From positions 47,120,001 to 47,184,000 of the forward strand of contig NC_042997.1 in NCBI RefSeq assembly GCF_006345805.1: a stretch of 64,000 bases of DNA. Reading direction: 5' to 3'. The DNA is from Octopus sinensis (lineage: Eukaryota). The notes beneath the pieces are model-generated. The model was not told the origin of the DNA. It saw nothing but the letters and a program-made list of their open reading frames with translations, and searched no databases. A program made the translations under genes and the position numbers. Positions 13,927 to 28,132 of the stretch are shown here, one piece after another; position 1 is the stretch's first letter, and each line of letters opens with the position of its first letter.

Positions 13927-15422
13927 AAACTTAGATAAACTTAGATATGTTTCGACCAATGATTGGTCCAGGCCATGTCTAACTTAATAGCACCACCTGA
14001 TAGGATTATTTGAATCCTGTTTAAGTCAAGTTTTGTTTATGGTCCATTCAAGTAGTGAGTTTTTGTTGGGTGAGTTGTATCCAATTATGGGTGGCTTATC
14101 TGGTATTCCTTGAAGGAATCTATCCAGACTCCGTTTAAATTTGATGGGATCCTGTTCCTCTTTGATCTCTTTCGGGACAATGTTAAATAGGGCAGTGCCT
14201 GTTGAGGAAAAGAAATTATGTTGTAGTGTACATGTATGTTGTGATCTTGAATTGGGCAGGGGACGTATGGCCCGTGGTCCCAGTCTTGGATGAACCTTGT
14301 TTAGGCCGTTTGGGCAAAGTTGGCAGTATATTCTCCACATGGTACAAATGATGTACCGCTCACGGTGACGCTGGAGAGAGTAGAGTTTCAAGGCTTTAAG
14401 GCGATCCCAATAATCGAGAGCAGCCATGCCTTCAATTCGTTTAGTGAGTGCTCTCTGGGGTGATTCAATCCTCGGGATGTTTTGTCTTGTATAGGGAGAC
14501 CACAGTGGGCAGCAGTATTCGAGGTGTGGCCGTACAAAGGAGGAGAAAAGTGGTATGATGACACCTTCTTCACTGGACCGGAAAGTTCTTAAGGAACTCA
14601 TCCTACGAGCTATATCGACCTTCTTGTTGATGTGTGCACTCCAACTGAGATCGTCATCAACAATTACACCCAGGTCTCTGATATTGTTAGAGGCTGTGGG
14701 CGGTTCCCCTGAAGGAAGAGAGTATGGCTGTTTTAGTGAGGAATTTCTTCCAAAATGCATCAGCTCAAATTTTCCCTCGTTCAGTTGCATTTTGTTTCTG
14801 TCTGCCCATTGACTCACAGCATATAGATCAGACTGGATTTGAGTTCGGTCTGGTTCTTCATTGACGATTTGCTGGAGCTTAGTGTCATCAGCAAATATTA
14901 TCACTTTGCAGTAATGTACGACACTGGAAAGGTTGTTTATGTAGATTATGAAGAGTAGCGGACCCAAGACAGTCCCCTGGGGGACACCACTGGTGACTTT
15001 TACTGGGCTTGAGTGGACTCCATCAACTACAACATGTTGTGTTCTATTCGCCAGCAAAGACTTGATCCAGTGTAGAACTTTCCGCGGATTCCAACATTTG
15101 CCAATTTTGAGAGTAGGATATCATGGTCTACCCTGTCGAACGCTTTACTGAAGTCAAGATATATGACATCAGAGTTCGAACCTGTTTCCAAGGCTTTGAG
15201 TACTTCTTCAATGTGGTTTAAGAGCTGTGTTAGACAGTCACTGCCACAGCGAAAGCCATGCTGATTTGCATTTAGGAGTTTGTGGGTCTCCAGGAAGTCA
15301 GCTATCCTTGATCTTAACACTCCTTCAAACACTTTGATGATGTGGGAGGTGAGTGAGATTGGGCGATAGTTGAGTGCGAGGGATCTGTTTCCCTGTTTGA
15401 AAACCGGGATGACTGACTGGGG
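13927..15422 (-). mobile_element. CR1-type LINE, 5'-truncated RT region with 3' UTR
   Basis: ORFs 15027-15530 (NYRPISLTS, QHGFR, YLDFSKAFD) and 14026-15057 (SGVPQGTVLGPLLF, FADDTKL, RPHLEY) joined by a frameshift; 3' hairpin GACCAA-tca-TTGGTC and tandem ATCTAAGTTT x2; (TA)n on both sides. Confidence 0.92.
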
Positions 15423-15438
15423 ATATATATATATATAT

Positions 15439-15516
<78 letters not shown>

Positions 15517-15523
15517 GGATAGA
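15423..15523. repeat. (TA)n-(GATA)n microsatellite
   Basis: Direct read. Confidence 0.95.
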
Positions 15524-15807
15524 TGTACATATATGTGTGTTTGAGTATACATATATAGGAACTTATATGAGGGTGCGTAAGTCTATGTGTGTTTCTGAAT
15601 GTCTCACTGGAAATGAAATATTGAGTGAGAAGTTAGTTTCGCACTACAAACTTTACAACGCAAACTTTAACTTGTTGTTCTCTTTAATATGTTATTCCTT
15701 TATTACATTCCCTTTTGTCGATTCCAGCCGCTCACGTATTTCCAGAATATAAAACAGTCAGACAACCTTAAATAATCTCTACCCAGCACTGTACCCACAC
15801 GTTATTC

Positions 15808-15875
<68 letters not shown>

Positions 15876-15930
15876 GTGTGTGTGTGCGTGTGTGTGTGTG
15901 TGGTGTGTGTGTGTGTTTGTGTGTGTTTGT

Positions 15931-15968
<38 letters not shown>

Positions 15969-18040
15969 GCGGCTGAAGCAGCATTAGTACCAAAGATAAT
16001 CTTTATATGCAGTTAACCTGGGATGTCTTGTTTACACCAAGTGCTTCTATGGGAAGTTCTCTTAAAGCTAATAATGCTGTATACAGTGTTCTAAGAATAC
16101 ATGCGATTAAGTCGGATTTATTTTTGGGCGCGCGCTTTTGCATGTGAATGTCTCAAAGGCGATTCAGCTGACAATTTGAAGTCGCTGCGAACTATTACCA
16201 TGTAAAAATAAATCTAATACTGTTTTTTAATATGCTGTGTAATACTTAAGTGTATATATATTTATATACATTACATAAATGCATACAAACTCTCACATAC
16301 ACATACACACATAGACGAGCACACATACACAACGAGCGCACACAGGCACTTACATACACACATGTTTGTATGTGTACAAAAGGAATGAAATTTTATTGTA
16401 GCCTTGAATTTTGTAATTGATAAGTTTTAACAAAAACCTTAAGCGATGTAGTTGAGAAGATAGGCAAAGTTTGTAAGGTGATGCCAATGAATAGAAAAAC
16501 TCAGGAGACATTTTATAATTCGACACAGGTTGCTTAATGCTTTCCTAATATTTTGGGTAAGATTCCCCTTATCAAATATTAGACAGAAAATGATCCAAAA
16601 GTTTGGAGACAAGTTTTATTGTGTAAACGCAATAACTTATTTTACTTATTGGTCGCTCCTTATACACTTTTCCAAATTTCTCACCTGCATACACACATGC
16701 ACACACAAGCACATACACACACACACATATATGTGGGTGCTTATATGCATATATTTGCACGTAAGTAAATTAAGTAAGTTGGCAAGCTCTTACAAAATAC
16801 GTGTAACTTATTAACATTAGAGTAAGATATCTTAAAAATTTTTCATAGTTCTAACAAGCCTCATTTACATCAGAATTGATGTTAAGCTATTCTCCTTTAA
16901 CCACATAACAACTTACGCATGAAACAATATTATATGGTTACATACGGAAGGAAGAAGGAAGGGTGTGAAACAAAATCAAAGAGATGTAGCCAGAAATAAT
17001 AGAGTTAAAATAAAAATAACCGGAAATAGGGAAAAAAGTAAGTACAAAACGAAAAAAAAAGAACCGGTTAATGTGAATTCATGGAAATGTTCGCTTTAAG
17101 AGATTAATGAAACGAGACATTTAATTCGGATATTGTGGTATCTTTACCTTTAATTGACGGTACTCAACGTTGTTTAGCACTTACATCTTTTGTTTTCTTT
17201 TTCCGCTTTCATTGAATGCTCTCTTTACTTGCCCCTTTACCTTTCCAGTATTATATCTATGTATGTCTGTATATGTATCCTTAGATCTTTCCATTTATCT
17301 ATATTTATCTATCTACACACATACACACGCTTGCATATATGTGTGTGTAAATATATATATATATATATATATGGAGAGAGAGAGAGAGAGGGACACAGAG
17401 AGAGAAAGAGAGAGAGAGAAAGAGAGAGAGAGAAAGAGAAAGAGAGAAATGTATGCACATATATCTGTGTGCCCATTGATATATACACTCATATATGCCT
17501 ATACAAAGATATCTCTTCACACATGTGTATGTATATGTGTATATATATACATACATATATGATATATATCAATATATATATACATACATATACACACACG
17601 CACTTACACACACACACGCACACACACACAGACACACACACACGCGCACACGCACATAGACACACACACACGCACGCACACACACGCACACACACACACA
17701 TATATATGTTTATATATATATATATATACACATATATATAATAGATTAAGATAGGAACAATCAGAAACATACATGTCTTGCACTTTATTGATAGACTCCT
17801 TCACTTCAAGAGCTGGGATACGAGCATAAATTCATATCGCAGGCAATTACACATTCGACTATCTTTCTCTAAGATAAATACATCATTAATACAGACACAT
17901 GCTATAGTTATTGATTCGCCCAATCACATTACAATTATTTAATTCGTTTAGACAAATGCAATTATTTCAGTCTTAAATCTTTCCATTTTCATTTATCATC
18001 ATCATCATTATCAACAGTAGCAGCAGAATCTTCATTATTC

Positions 18041-18346
18041 TACTCTTTAACTCTTTTACTTGCTTCAGTCATTTGACCGTGGCCATGCTGGAGCACCCCC
18101 TTTAGTCGAGAAAATCGACCCCAGGACTTATTCTTTGTAAGCGTAGTACTTCTATCGCTCTCTTATGCCGAACCGCTAAGTGACGGGGACGTAAACACAC
18201 CAGCATCGGTTGTCAAGCGATGTTGGGGGACAATTACTGACACACAAATATATACACACATACATATACATATACATACATACATACAACGGGCTTCTTT
18301 CAGTTTCCGTCTACCAAATCCACTCATAAGACTTTGGTCGGCCCGA
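18041..18346 (-). mobile_element. SINE family C, lacking the tRNA head
   Basis: Close match to 61065-61380 including GCCGAACCGCTAAGTGACGGGGACGTAAACACACCAGCATCGG. Confidence 0.88.
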
Positions 18347-18379
18347 CGAAGTAAACTTTGCCTTTCATTTGCATATGTG

Positions 18380-19930
18380 GATTGTTTCGTTTCGTTTGTA
18401 TTATTCAATAGTTTCTTGCGTAAGATGTGGTTGTTCCTAAGAGGGTTAGTTATTGGATAATGTGTAGTGTTGAGGGCCCAGCTATAAGTTCTACATTTTA
18501 GTTCATATATTGCTTCTTTTTTGTGATATCCAGTGCTCTGTTTATAACTGGTATTGTTTCCATCTTCACACCCCACATCTTTAATACTTTAATTTCGAGG
18601 TCTTTGTACTTTGGCAATTTATCAACCTTTTGGACAATATTTTGATCAGAAGGGACTGCAATGTTTATTAATAAGCAGTTGTCTTTTTTTGCCATCCTTG
18701 ATTATTATGTCTGGGCGATTAGCTATTATTTCTTTATCAGTTTGAACAGGCATGTCCCAGATTATTTTGGCCTGGTCGTTGTACTGTGCTTTGTTTGACA
18801 CATGTTTATACCATTTATTGTCAGTTTTTATGCTTTAGTGATGGCGTCTTTTCTAGTGGATGTAACTATTTACTCAGTCGTGCCTGAATATATATTTAGA
18901 TTTAGCAAGAACTAGACAGCCAGAAAATATGTGGTCAACTGTTTCATTGTGCTGGTTGAACATTCTGCATTTGGTGTTAGGGCCTGTTTTCATTATTTTG
19001 CTTTTATAGTTGTTTGTAATCAGGCATTGGTCTTGTGCAATGAGAATCAGTCCTTCTCTTTCAGATTTTAGTCCAGAGCTTTCGAATCATTGTTGGCTTT
19101 TACTTACGCTCACTTACTCTCTATCGAGTCTTGCAGAGTATCGGCCATGCAGTGAATTTTCTCTCCATTTCTTCTTTAGTTTTTCTTTTTTTCTTTTGTA
19201 TTTCTGTTTTCATGCTGCTTTTTGTCGCTTTGACCATTTCTACTATGCTTTCATTTGTGATCAGTATATCATTGTAGTTTGTTTCTGTTATGTATTTTGT
19301 CGCCTCTCTGTGTAGAGACAAAAGTGTTTTCTCTTCTTGTGTTGCTTTTATTATACGTAATACTTTCCCACTTTTATTTCTAAGTACTTTTCTAGTCCAG
19401 TTGTTGTTATTTTATGGTAGTCCTCTGTCTCTGTCAGGAAACAGCCTCTTTCTGAGCGGGGGTAGATATATTCTGTCTGCATTTGCTCTGGGATGGTGAC
19501 ATCTAGTTTTTCTATCTACGTTTCTTAATTAACCCTATTATCCTATTTTTAGCATTGGTTCAGAATATAATATTAGTCTAACTCTTCTGTAATACTATCT
19601 TCTAATTGTCGCATTCATTTTTGTGTATTGTATTTTAGCTGTTTCATCTATTCCTATATATTTGTAATTGGCGATTGTAGTCTAATTCTCTGCTTCCCGC
19701 GTCTATATCAAATGCAGCGTTTTCAGTGCTGATTAACTTCCCTCTTTTCAGTGTCACTTCGGCACATTTGTCCAGTCACTTGCTCATCCCGATGTCCTTG
19801 CAGAAACTATGGACAATTTATGAAGGTTTCTCTTTTCCGTGGTATTCTTAATGACATTTTAAAAATCATCTATTAACAGGAAAGGATTTATTTTTTGTAC
19901 ATAATATCTATAACCCACAGCGGTTTCATC
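18380..19930 (-). mobile_element. RLE-type (R4/Dong-like) LINE remnant: RT C-half, zinc knuckle and endonuclease
   Basis: Minus strand remnants: DIGMS..LDKCAEVTLKRGKL, YKYIGIDE, HPRANADRIYL, EGLILIAQDQ, ETVDHIFSGC, NRPDIII, CLLINIAVPSDQNI..KYKDLEI..KMW (ORF 18498-18695). Confidence 0.85.
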
Positions 19931-20024
19931 TAAGAAGATGAGTATTGAAGAATAAATGAATGTTTCGAAAAGATAGTAAATCTAACCTTTTTGTTGTTGT
20001 CGGGGAACGAAACCTATCCCCATA

Positions 20025-20691
20025 TAGGAGGAGAAATCAGACATTATTCGCACTTTTGCCATAACATATCTTTATTATTGTCACACTGCCTTCTGCGTTG
20101 GTGCTATTGTGATAACGTGCTCGGATTTTGGGCCTGATCGCGCCATTTTTCTTTTTGGCTTTACAGTGTAAGCATGGCCGGTCCATTAGCTATGTGAACC
20201 AAAGAAGAACAAAGAAGAGTGATCTGATTTCTCTGGAAAAGGAGTGTAATATTAACAGTGCAAGATACTTTGCTGGACAACAAACTGAAACCAGCAATTC
20301 TCACCAAACACCGAAGCCTCTTGACGAAGAAAGTTTTGTTGTTGCATGATAATGCACGCCAACACACGGCCACCCAGACGGTTGAAAGCATTCACCAAAT
20401 GGATTTTGAGGTGCTGAAATACACTGCTAACAGTCCAGATCTTACCCTTCCGACTATCATATATTTGAACAGACTCAAAGATAGTTTACGAGGTCGTGGA
20501 GGAAGCAGTGCATAAATGGTTGCACGACAAAGCGAAATCCTTCTTCCTGGAATGAATACAGCAAACTAGTGGACCGCTGGGCCATGTTCATCGGAAAGGA
20601 AGGAGAAAATATAGAAAAATGACGTACTCCTTTCTCCCCTGCAAAATACACTGAAAACAAGAGTGCGTATAAATTTTGACTCTTCATCGTA
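20025..20691 (+). mobile_element. Internally deleted mariner (DD34D-type) element
   Basis: ORF 20258-20515 has VLLLHDNARQH and NSPDL; degenerate TIRs TAGGAGGAGAAATCAGACATTATTCGCACT and AGTGCGTATAAATTTTGACTCTTCATCGTA with TA ends. Confidence 0.8.
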
Positions 20692-20760
20692 CATTTAACC
20701 ACACTAAACTTCACCTTGTCGTCATATGTATACATGTGTGCGTGTATGTGTGTGTGTGTG

Positions 20761-20820
<60 letters not shown>

Positions 20821-21289
20821 TAGTACGTACGTAGATATTCATGCGTTTATACTTATATTTACACTCATGCACATATACATATTTTGTTTTGATATATTAT
20901 AACCTTAATTGTATACAGACACCCTGCTTACAGGGCCACTAATTCTAACATTAGTTAAACTATTTTGTATATATAAAACATTCTAAGAAGTTATGATAAG
21001 CACATTACTGGTGCATTAGCATATAAGAAAGTGTTCGATTAAAAATGTATGAATATTTTCTTCGGTACATAGATTCGTGAATAAAAAAAATCATATTAAA
21101 AAAGCAAACAAAAGATTTTGCACTCAACATATTCGGTTTGCATTATATGTTTTTAATCATAGAATATTTCATTTCCACATTATTTAAAGTTATTTTGGGC
21201 GTAGAACTTCTCAATATCACCAGGTGATCAGATACTGAATGAATATAATTTAAAAGAAATTTCAAATCACATTCAGTGTACTTGGAGTT

Positions 21290-21690
21290 CTAGTCGAAGG
21301 TATTTAGGCTTCTTGACGAGAGCATTTCTTCCATTGGTCAGCTGAAATTACGTAGTTGATTTTGCTATCATAGTGACATCAGTTCTTCTACTGAAAGTTC
21401 CACGTACTACAGCAGACAGCGTGTTGGCATCAACATAGTTGGCATTCCGTAGGGCGTGATATTTTAGCGACATCAGCTTTTTACTTTGGATGCTATGTGT
21501 AACTAGGCATACGTTAGTTAGTCGTCACTCTGTTCGTTGGGAAATATTTCAGCGACAACAGTTATCACAAGAAGAGTTAAGCAAAAGACTTTACGTAACC
21601 AGCAATAGTGGATAAGATAAGGATAAAAACATCTGCAATTACGAACATTGGAGGAGCTGGAGCTTGTAATTCCCATATCTGCCTCTGTGA
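21290..21690 (-). mobile_element. Degenerate RTE-like LINE RT fragment
   Basis: Across frameshifts IWE..SNVRNCR..LSTIAG..KVFA..VAEIFPNEQSD parallels the RTE consensus NYRGISLLSIAGKIFA..AE.ILPESQCG. Confidence 0.5.
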
Positions 21691-21789
21691 AAAACTGTAC
21701 ATACATACCATTACTCTACCAAGCTGCAATCTCTATCTATCAATGAGAAAATGGACCTAGTTTATTATTGTCACCAGAGGTAAGACTCT

Positions 21790-22270
21790 AAACTCCTTCA
21801 AAGTAGGATCTTGACTTCAATGCCCTTGTAGCGCTCCAGCCACTTCGTGAATGCACCATGGAAGTCCTCAAAAGTGAAGATGGCCAAAACCCTTCATCTT
21901 CTCCTTCAGCTTTGGCTAACAGCTAAAAGTCACAGGGAGCAAGGTTTGGTTTATTGGGAGGGAGAGTGAGGGACAGTTTTGACGTTAGTCTCTGTCAAGT
22001 AGCTGGTTACCAGTAATAAGTTGGGGAGTAGTGCGTTGGCCTTGTGTAACCGATCGGCTCTTTTCTGATAAAATCTCGTCCTGAACTTACTAAAACCCCC
22101 TCAACGTACACTTCTTCGACGATCTGGCCAGGGAAACCCAGCAGGTGTTAATGATGCCCTTGCAATGGAAAAAGGGGATCATCATTAATTTCCCGTAGGA
22201 CTTGCTTTGCTTGGCCTCTTATGCGAGGAGCAGAAAACAAAAGCTCGGCTCATACAAGTTAATCAATAAG
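21790..22270 (-). mobile_element. Mariner transposase remnant
   Basis: Minus strand remnants KAKQSKS.GKLMMIPFF, LVTSYLTETNVKTVPH, LAPCDF, DFHGAFTKWLERY..YFEG; stops and frameshifts. Confidence 0.75.
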
Positions 22271-22598
22271 CAATCTGGAGCATTTCATAAGTTCCTGTGT
22301 CATTTTTATCCAATTTAACACAAGGCTTTATTGCTTAGTGGGATTCTGCATTGTCTTCAGGTGCCGACTACATTCTTCAGACTAGTCATCAGTGATTAGC
22401 AGTGTTTAGAATAGTGTGTTCAAAGTAATGGTATAGCCGGTTTCTTCAGTCTGGAATAACGAAATTTAGCAACTCAGATTATTAGATATACAGTAATGAC
22501 ATACTGAATCAGAGTAACCTAGGACTGCCTGTCTTAACATAGTTTCAGAATATCTGGAAAGTGATACACACATATACACACAATATATGCACACGCAC

Positions 22599-22650
<52 letters not shown>

Positions 22651-22872
22651 AACGATGAATAGCCTTCGCGCAAACCACTGGTTCGTTTTGTTCTCTTACT
22701 TTATTATCATCTTATAATCATCTCCTAATAATGACCTTTATGACTCGTAATACTACCTCAGTCAATCTAAATGTTTATATTTGTCACTACCTGTCATAAA
22801 TAACCTTTTTCTATTTGCAATATGCATTTTCGTTGATTTTTCATATTTTACCCATATATATATATATATACC

Positions 22873-23072
22873 AAATAAGAAAATAGAGAGGATACAAAAT
22901 GACATACATCACCCGGTAGACAATTCCAGTGTGTCTATTTATTCCAAAGCATTAGAAGAAAATATACACTTGTAGTACATATGTTTTCTTCTAATGCTTT
23001 GGAATAATAGACACACTGGAATTGTCTACCGAATGATGTATGTCGTTTTCTATCTATTCCATTTTCTTATTT
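22873..23072. repeat. About 200-bp fold-back inverted repeat
   Basis: Arms 22873-22966 and 22979-23072 share CGGTAGACAATTCCAGTGTGTCTATT and ATTCCAAAGCATTAGAAGAAAA in opposite orientation; ~12-nt spacer. Confidence 0.92.
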
Positions 23073-23243
23073 ACCGTATAAATTAAGGCTAAACCACTTT
23101 TTACTCCCGTCCATATATGACACTCAATTGCGAGATTGCCACGCAATAACCAGCATTTGGGTATGAATAATTGGGTACACTACCGGCGGTATACTGGATA
23201 GGTACCATCCCTTGGTTGGTTTTCCAACTTCTAATTCTCACAG

Positions 23244-23338
<95 letters not shown>

Positions 23339-24971
23339 TATATATATATATATAGATATATATACACGGTTCCATACATACGGATATATACAAAGATACA
23401 AAGGTACAAAAACAGATAAGATAGTAAATGATTTAGTTTCCTGATTTTGGTCGAATGCGCCAAAGAAATAGATGTGAAAGCATAAAAGATTACATGGTAC
23501 AGTTTCAATTCAAGTTTCGCCAACAACTTTATTGGTTTTCCAGTCAAAATAAGTCTTGTCTGTGTTTTGAAGATTATTTTGCCTATGATTTCATTAGCTT
23601 TCATTTTCTCGTAAAAAAATTGTACAGTTCTACATGTGGGAAGTATACCTATTATCATTAGCAGGATGATTGTAGGGTGGTTGACAGAACCCTTACACTG
23701 ATATTTCGTAATACCTCTTTAGTTCTCAGTTCATATCCACCAATGTCAAAACCAGTGTAATACTGGGTACAGTGCATAGAAACAATCGCACTAGGACAAC
23801 GCACTGAGGTAATATATTCGCATGTGGGAGGACACCAGAGCTAAAACAGACTTCCAGGTAATTCTTTTAAAACAAGTCTACAAAACAACTAATAATTGGA
23901 ATCGCGTGAAAATCTGATACAAGAAAAAGAAAAAAAATTTCGAGCGTGTTATATTCGCTGAAAATGTTTCCATGGAAATTCAATATTTTAATTTTTTTTA
24001 TTTTCTATTTTCGAAGAAGTAAAATTTGTGCAGTACAGACAAAGATTGTAGCCCCGTACACATACTCAGCATAAGTAACGAAAAAAACAATGTTACAAAT
24101 AAATTTGTATCTGTCAGATAAGTTATTACTGTAGAAAAACGCATTGATTCGAATATTTAATTGCTCACTGACTTCACCTTTAATAGTTCGAATTCACTTC
24201 ATCTTACTACAAAAACAACAGATGTGTGTGAGATATGATTTATATCGAAATATAATTTATGACTTTCTATCAAAGAAATAGAGGAGCTTCGAAACTGTGG
24301 TAAAGCAGTCATCGCGATAGGCGTTCGATTTCTTAAAAGAACATTTCAAAACAGTGTCATTCTTTTGCAGACTTCAGGTTGTTTTACTAAAAACTATTTA
24401 AATACAAAACCGTTGCCAGTGGACCAGTGATCAAGGAACGTGTCGTAACTTTTTGACGTGTTATCTACACAACTCGAAAGCTACAGTTAGCTTATACATT
24501 ATATACACAGGACCTTCCTTGGGGAGAATCTTAATAAAGCAGACCAAGACAAAACAACACCTTATACATATCGCCCTATAGTTTTATCACAGATGAAGTT
24601 GTATGCTTGTGGTCTTACGTGTTGTATAAAACCATGTACTCGAAAGTAACATCGAACATGTTCTCACAGGCGTTAAAAAATAACTTTATGCTAATCTTGT
24701 GTCAAAATCAATAATTATTTTAAATTCAGTAAAATTAATGCACAGCTTGTCTGCAATTTTGGTAGGTGATGCTTGTTATAAAATTATCACATTTTAGCTT
24801 GTTAAGCAGGTCAGACTCAAAAAGTTCAGGTACTTTCTTTCATAATATCATTGCCGAACTTGTTTTCTGTGGATGCATCCGCATTCTCTTTCTAGAGAAA
24901 CAAGAATTTCAACCTCATGTTTAGATCAAGTATTTAGTATTTCCAATAAGACATTTAACACAATATATATA

Positions 24972-25043
<72 letters not shown>

Positions 25044-25050
25044 TATATAT

Positions 25051-25632
25051 TGTTGCGTCTTGCGTCTTGGTGAGGGGGGTTTATTACGCCAGTAATAAAG
25101 ATAATACACGCACTGGTTCAGTACCACTTCTTTACTTTTAGTCAATTCCTTGAGTATCTAAACAACTAACTAATCGATCGTTTTTTATAATATGTTGGTT
25201 AAACAATCAACCGGTTGTTTATAAATCAAAGTCCTTTCCTCGCTATTCGTGACCTCCTTAATGACTTGGTTTCTCTCTTGAAGGTCTCCCTTGAGTCTGT
25301 ATGACAAGTGATATTATGTATTCCTGTATATATAGAGATGTGTGTATGCTTAGAAGAGAAAGTATGGGTAAGAGTGGACGAAGAGTTCGTGGAGACAATG
25401 TGTAAGAGTCACTGTAGGCGAGTGGTCGTGCGCGTAATCGTGCGTGTATATTTGGTTGTGTGCGTATACCCGCATGACAGTAACTGTGTTTGTGATTTGT
25501 ATGTGTGACTGTGCATTAGTCATCCATGATCCATTAGAAGTTCGGCCATTTGTTTAAGGCCAGTTCAATCCCAGATCTGATGGAACGTGCGCACCTAACT
25601 GGATGTGTATGGATGTGTATGGATATTATACA
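25051..25632 (-). mobile_element. Probable solo LTR
   Basis: About 580-bp block with TGT...ACA termini, sharp left border against (TA)n, flanks TATAT/TGTAT, poly(A)-signal-like motifs near the minus-strand 3' end; no second copy in the window. Confidence 0.4.
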
Positions 25633-26765
25633 TGTATTTATTAATAAGTTTCCATGCACTCTGCTGTTAGCAGGGTACAGTAAAGTCCATAGAAATATAT
25701 ACATTTTTGTGCCTTCAGTAGAAAGGATTATTATGCGAACAGCGTCAGTATTATTTGTAGTTGTTGAATTTTCATACCTGTCTCCAGAACGTGCCGTATT
25801 TCTGCTCTGTAGCTACACGAATGTTGGTTATATGGTAGTGGCTAACGACCATTTTTGGTCAGTGATACAAACGCACAGCTAGATAATGTTTTAAAGAGCA
25901 ATATATAATGACAAAAAATGGGATGCGCCTTCTTTGAAAGCTGCTTTTCCTTGTAGTTCCTAGACAGAACAATAAAATAGAAGAGTGTCAGCAGGCTGGA
26001 AACGAAAAATAAAACAAAGGAACTAGAAACTGAAGCGCGATGATAATAGAGATACTTGATATATTATTATAAAGAAAATACATTATTAATTGTTTTTTTC
26101 TTAAGATCAGAGATCGAAGCAAAAAAATCACAGAGCAGTATTCGAGAATGGCATACTGTTGAAAGAAAGTTATAGTTATTTCTTTATAATCCTTCGTAGA
26201 GGCTCGGGTATCTAATCATCTCATAAGGCTCGATTCCTGATTATATCTCATTCTATTCTTTTACGTCGCTAATTCTTCTACGAAACGATAAAAATGTTGT
26301 CATAGTATCTCTACCTTCTGAAATCAAATGAAATGATCAGGTATTATTGAAGTTCTCTAACAACAGCAAAGAACGAACGCCTTGTGAAATATTATATTTA
26401 TAATGACAGGCCATTTAAACTCCTTCAGTAGACAAGCGGTTTTGATTTGTTGTCTGCAGTAATACGTAACATGTTAAACGTTGCCTTGGTGCTTGCGTGT
26501 ATGTAGGGGTGCGTGCATGTGTGTAGGGGCGCGTGCGTGTGTGTGTGTATGTGCGTGCATACGTGTGTGTGCGTGTGTGTGTACTCACGCGTGTGTGTGC
26601 GGATGCATTGTTTCTCTCACTGTCTCTCTCTCTCGTTCTCATTGTTTCTCTGTTCAGTTTGCTTCCGATGATTCATTGAAAGTCTGTTCACGATTTCTCT
26701 GTCCACGAACACAAACACAATCACACACACGCACTCACACTCATACATACATATATACATACATA

Positions 26766-26832
<67 letters not shown>

Positions 26833-26834
<2 letters not shown>

Positions 26835-27194
26835 GGGTAAAAAGCTTGTTTCACAAGCACATGGTTCCGGGTTCGGATCCACTCCATGGCACCTTGGGCA
26901 AGTGTCTTCTACTATAGTTTCGGGCCGACCAAACCTTTGTGAGTGGATTTGGTAGACAGAAACTGAAAGAAGCCCGTCGTAAATATATATGTATGCATGT
27001 ATTTGTGTCTGTGTTTGTCCCTCCCGCCATTGCATGACAACCGATGCTGGTCTATTTATGTCCCCGTCACATCGGATTGGCGAAAAAGGCAAATAGAATA
27101 AATACTAGGCTTACAAAGAATCGGTTTGTTCGACTAAAACTCCGTAAGGTGGTGCTCCAGCATGGCTGCAGTCAGGTGAGTGAAACAAATAAAA

Positions 27195-27197
<3 letters not shown>
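26833..27197 (+). mobile_element. SINE family C
   Basis: B-box GGTTCGGATCC, CCTTGGGCAAGTGTCTTC core, tail TGAAACAAATAAAAGA. Confidence 0.88.
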
Positions 27198-27232
<35 letters not shown>

Positions 27233-27697
27233 ATAATATATATTCTTCCATTTGAAGCGACAATTTTTATATACAAACAAATGACCGAAAAATGATGAGC
27301 TAATTAATCCTATCCAGAATCAAACCACAAATCAACGCTTACAGGGTTCCTTGCACATCCCATTGGGCCAAACGTTCACCCGTCAATTCCAGTCATATTT
27401 AATGAATATATACTTAAACTGTTTAATACTACATAATATATTTGGAAGCAAGAACCATAAAGGCTTTGTAAGTTACGGAGTGTAAGCTACTGACACACAC
27501 ACACACACATATATATTTCACTTTGGCATTGCGGGACTGATAACTCAGTGTATGCCTCCGATGAAGCTATAAGGTGTCACTCAAGTACTCAACTATAAGT
27601 CTACTTCATCTCATAACAGAAACAGATGTGAGCTAATGAAGTTCATATAATAATCATTTATTCTTTTGTCATCTTATTTTCTTTTATATGCATACAT

Positions 27698-27832
27698 AGG
27701 CGCAGGAGTGGTTGTGTATAAGAAGCTTGCTTCTGAAACACATGATTCCGGATTCAGCCCCATTGCGTCCCACTTCGGCAAGTGTCTTCTACTATAGCCT
27801 CGTGTCGACCAAAGTTTTGTAAGTGGATTTGG
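27698..27832 (+). mobile_element. SINE family C, 5' portion
   Basis: AGGCGCAGGAGTGG head through AGTGGATTTGG. Confidence 0.8.
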
Positions 27833-27839
27833 ATGACGC

Positions 27840-28110
27840 AGGTGAGCCCCTAGTGAGGATTGCTCTACAACCATCCTATGACCAGGAGTGGCACGCAGAT
27901 TTTATTTGTCTGGTTGTTGAGGTAGTATGGTGGACACATCTGAAAGGGCTAAAGTTAGACCCTTTCTTCTTTGGCCAGGCCCTCATCAACTTTTTAAAGT
28001 TTCACTTGAAAAGGAATTTGAGGGTGGAGAAAGAAGTGTTGCTTTGTAGTAAGTTTGTTGAAAGGTGGGTATATGTTGGAAGAATGGCCAATTCTGAGTG
28101 TACATTTGTA
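27840..28110 (+). mobile_element. L1/Tx1-like LINE ORF2 C-terminal fragment
   Basis: VVWWTHLKG..LINFLKFHLKRNLRVEKE..FVERW; same family as 39003-39100 (LKRKIRVERD..FAERW). Confidence 0.6.
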
Positions 28111-28132
28111 AAAAAGGGAATTAAAGGAGAAG

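Noticed and set aside
21595-21684. Minus-strand exon-like segment encoding RQIWELQAPAPPMFVIADVFILILSTIAGY with AG/GT borders
   Set aside because: The surrounding DNA fits an RTE LINE RT remnant better (LSTIAG corresponds to LLSIAGK, followed by KVFA and an ESQCG-like motif).
25778-25852. Minus-strand ATG in good context to a CAG/GTATGA donor (MVVSHYHITNIRVATEQKYGTFWRQ)
   Set aside because: A single short segment with no homology or supported downstream exon; RNA-seq would be needed.
27556-27633. Hammerhead-like motif CCGATGA..GAAACAGATGTG
   Set aside because: Stems I and II are poorly paired and the cleavage triplet is not NUH; used only as weak support for the CCGA observation.
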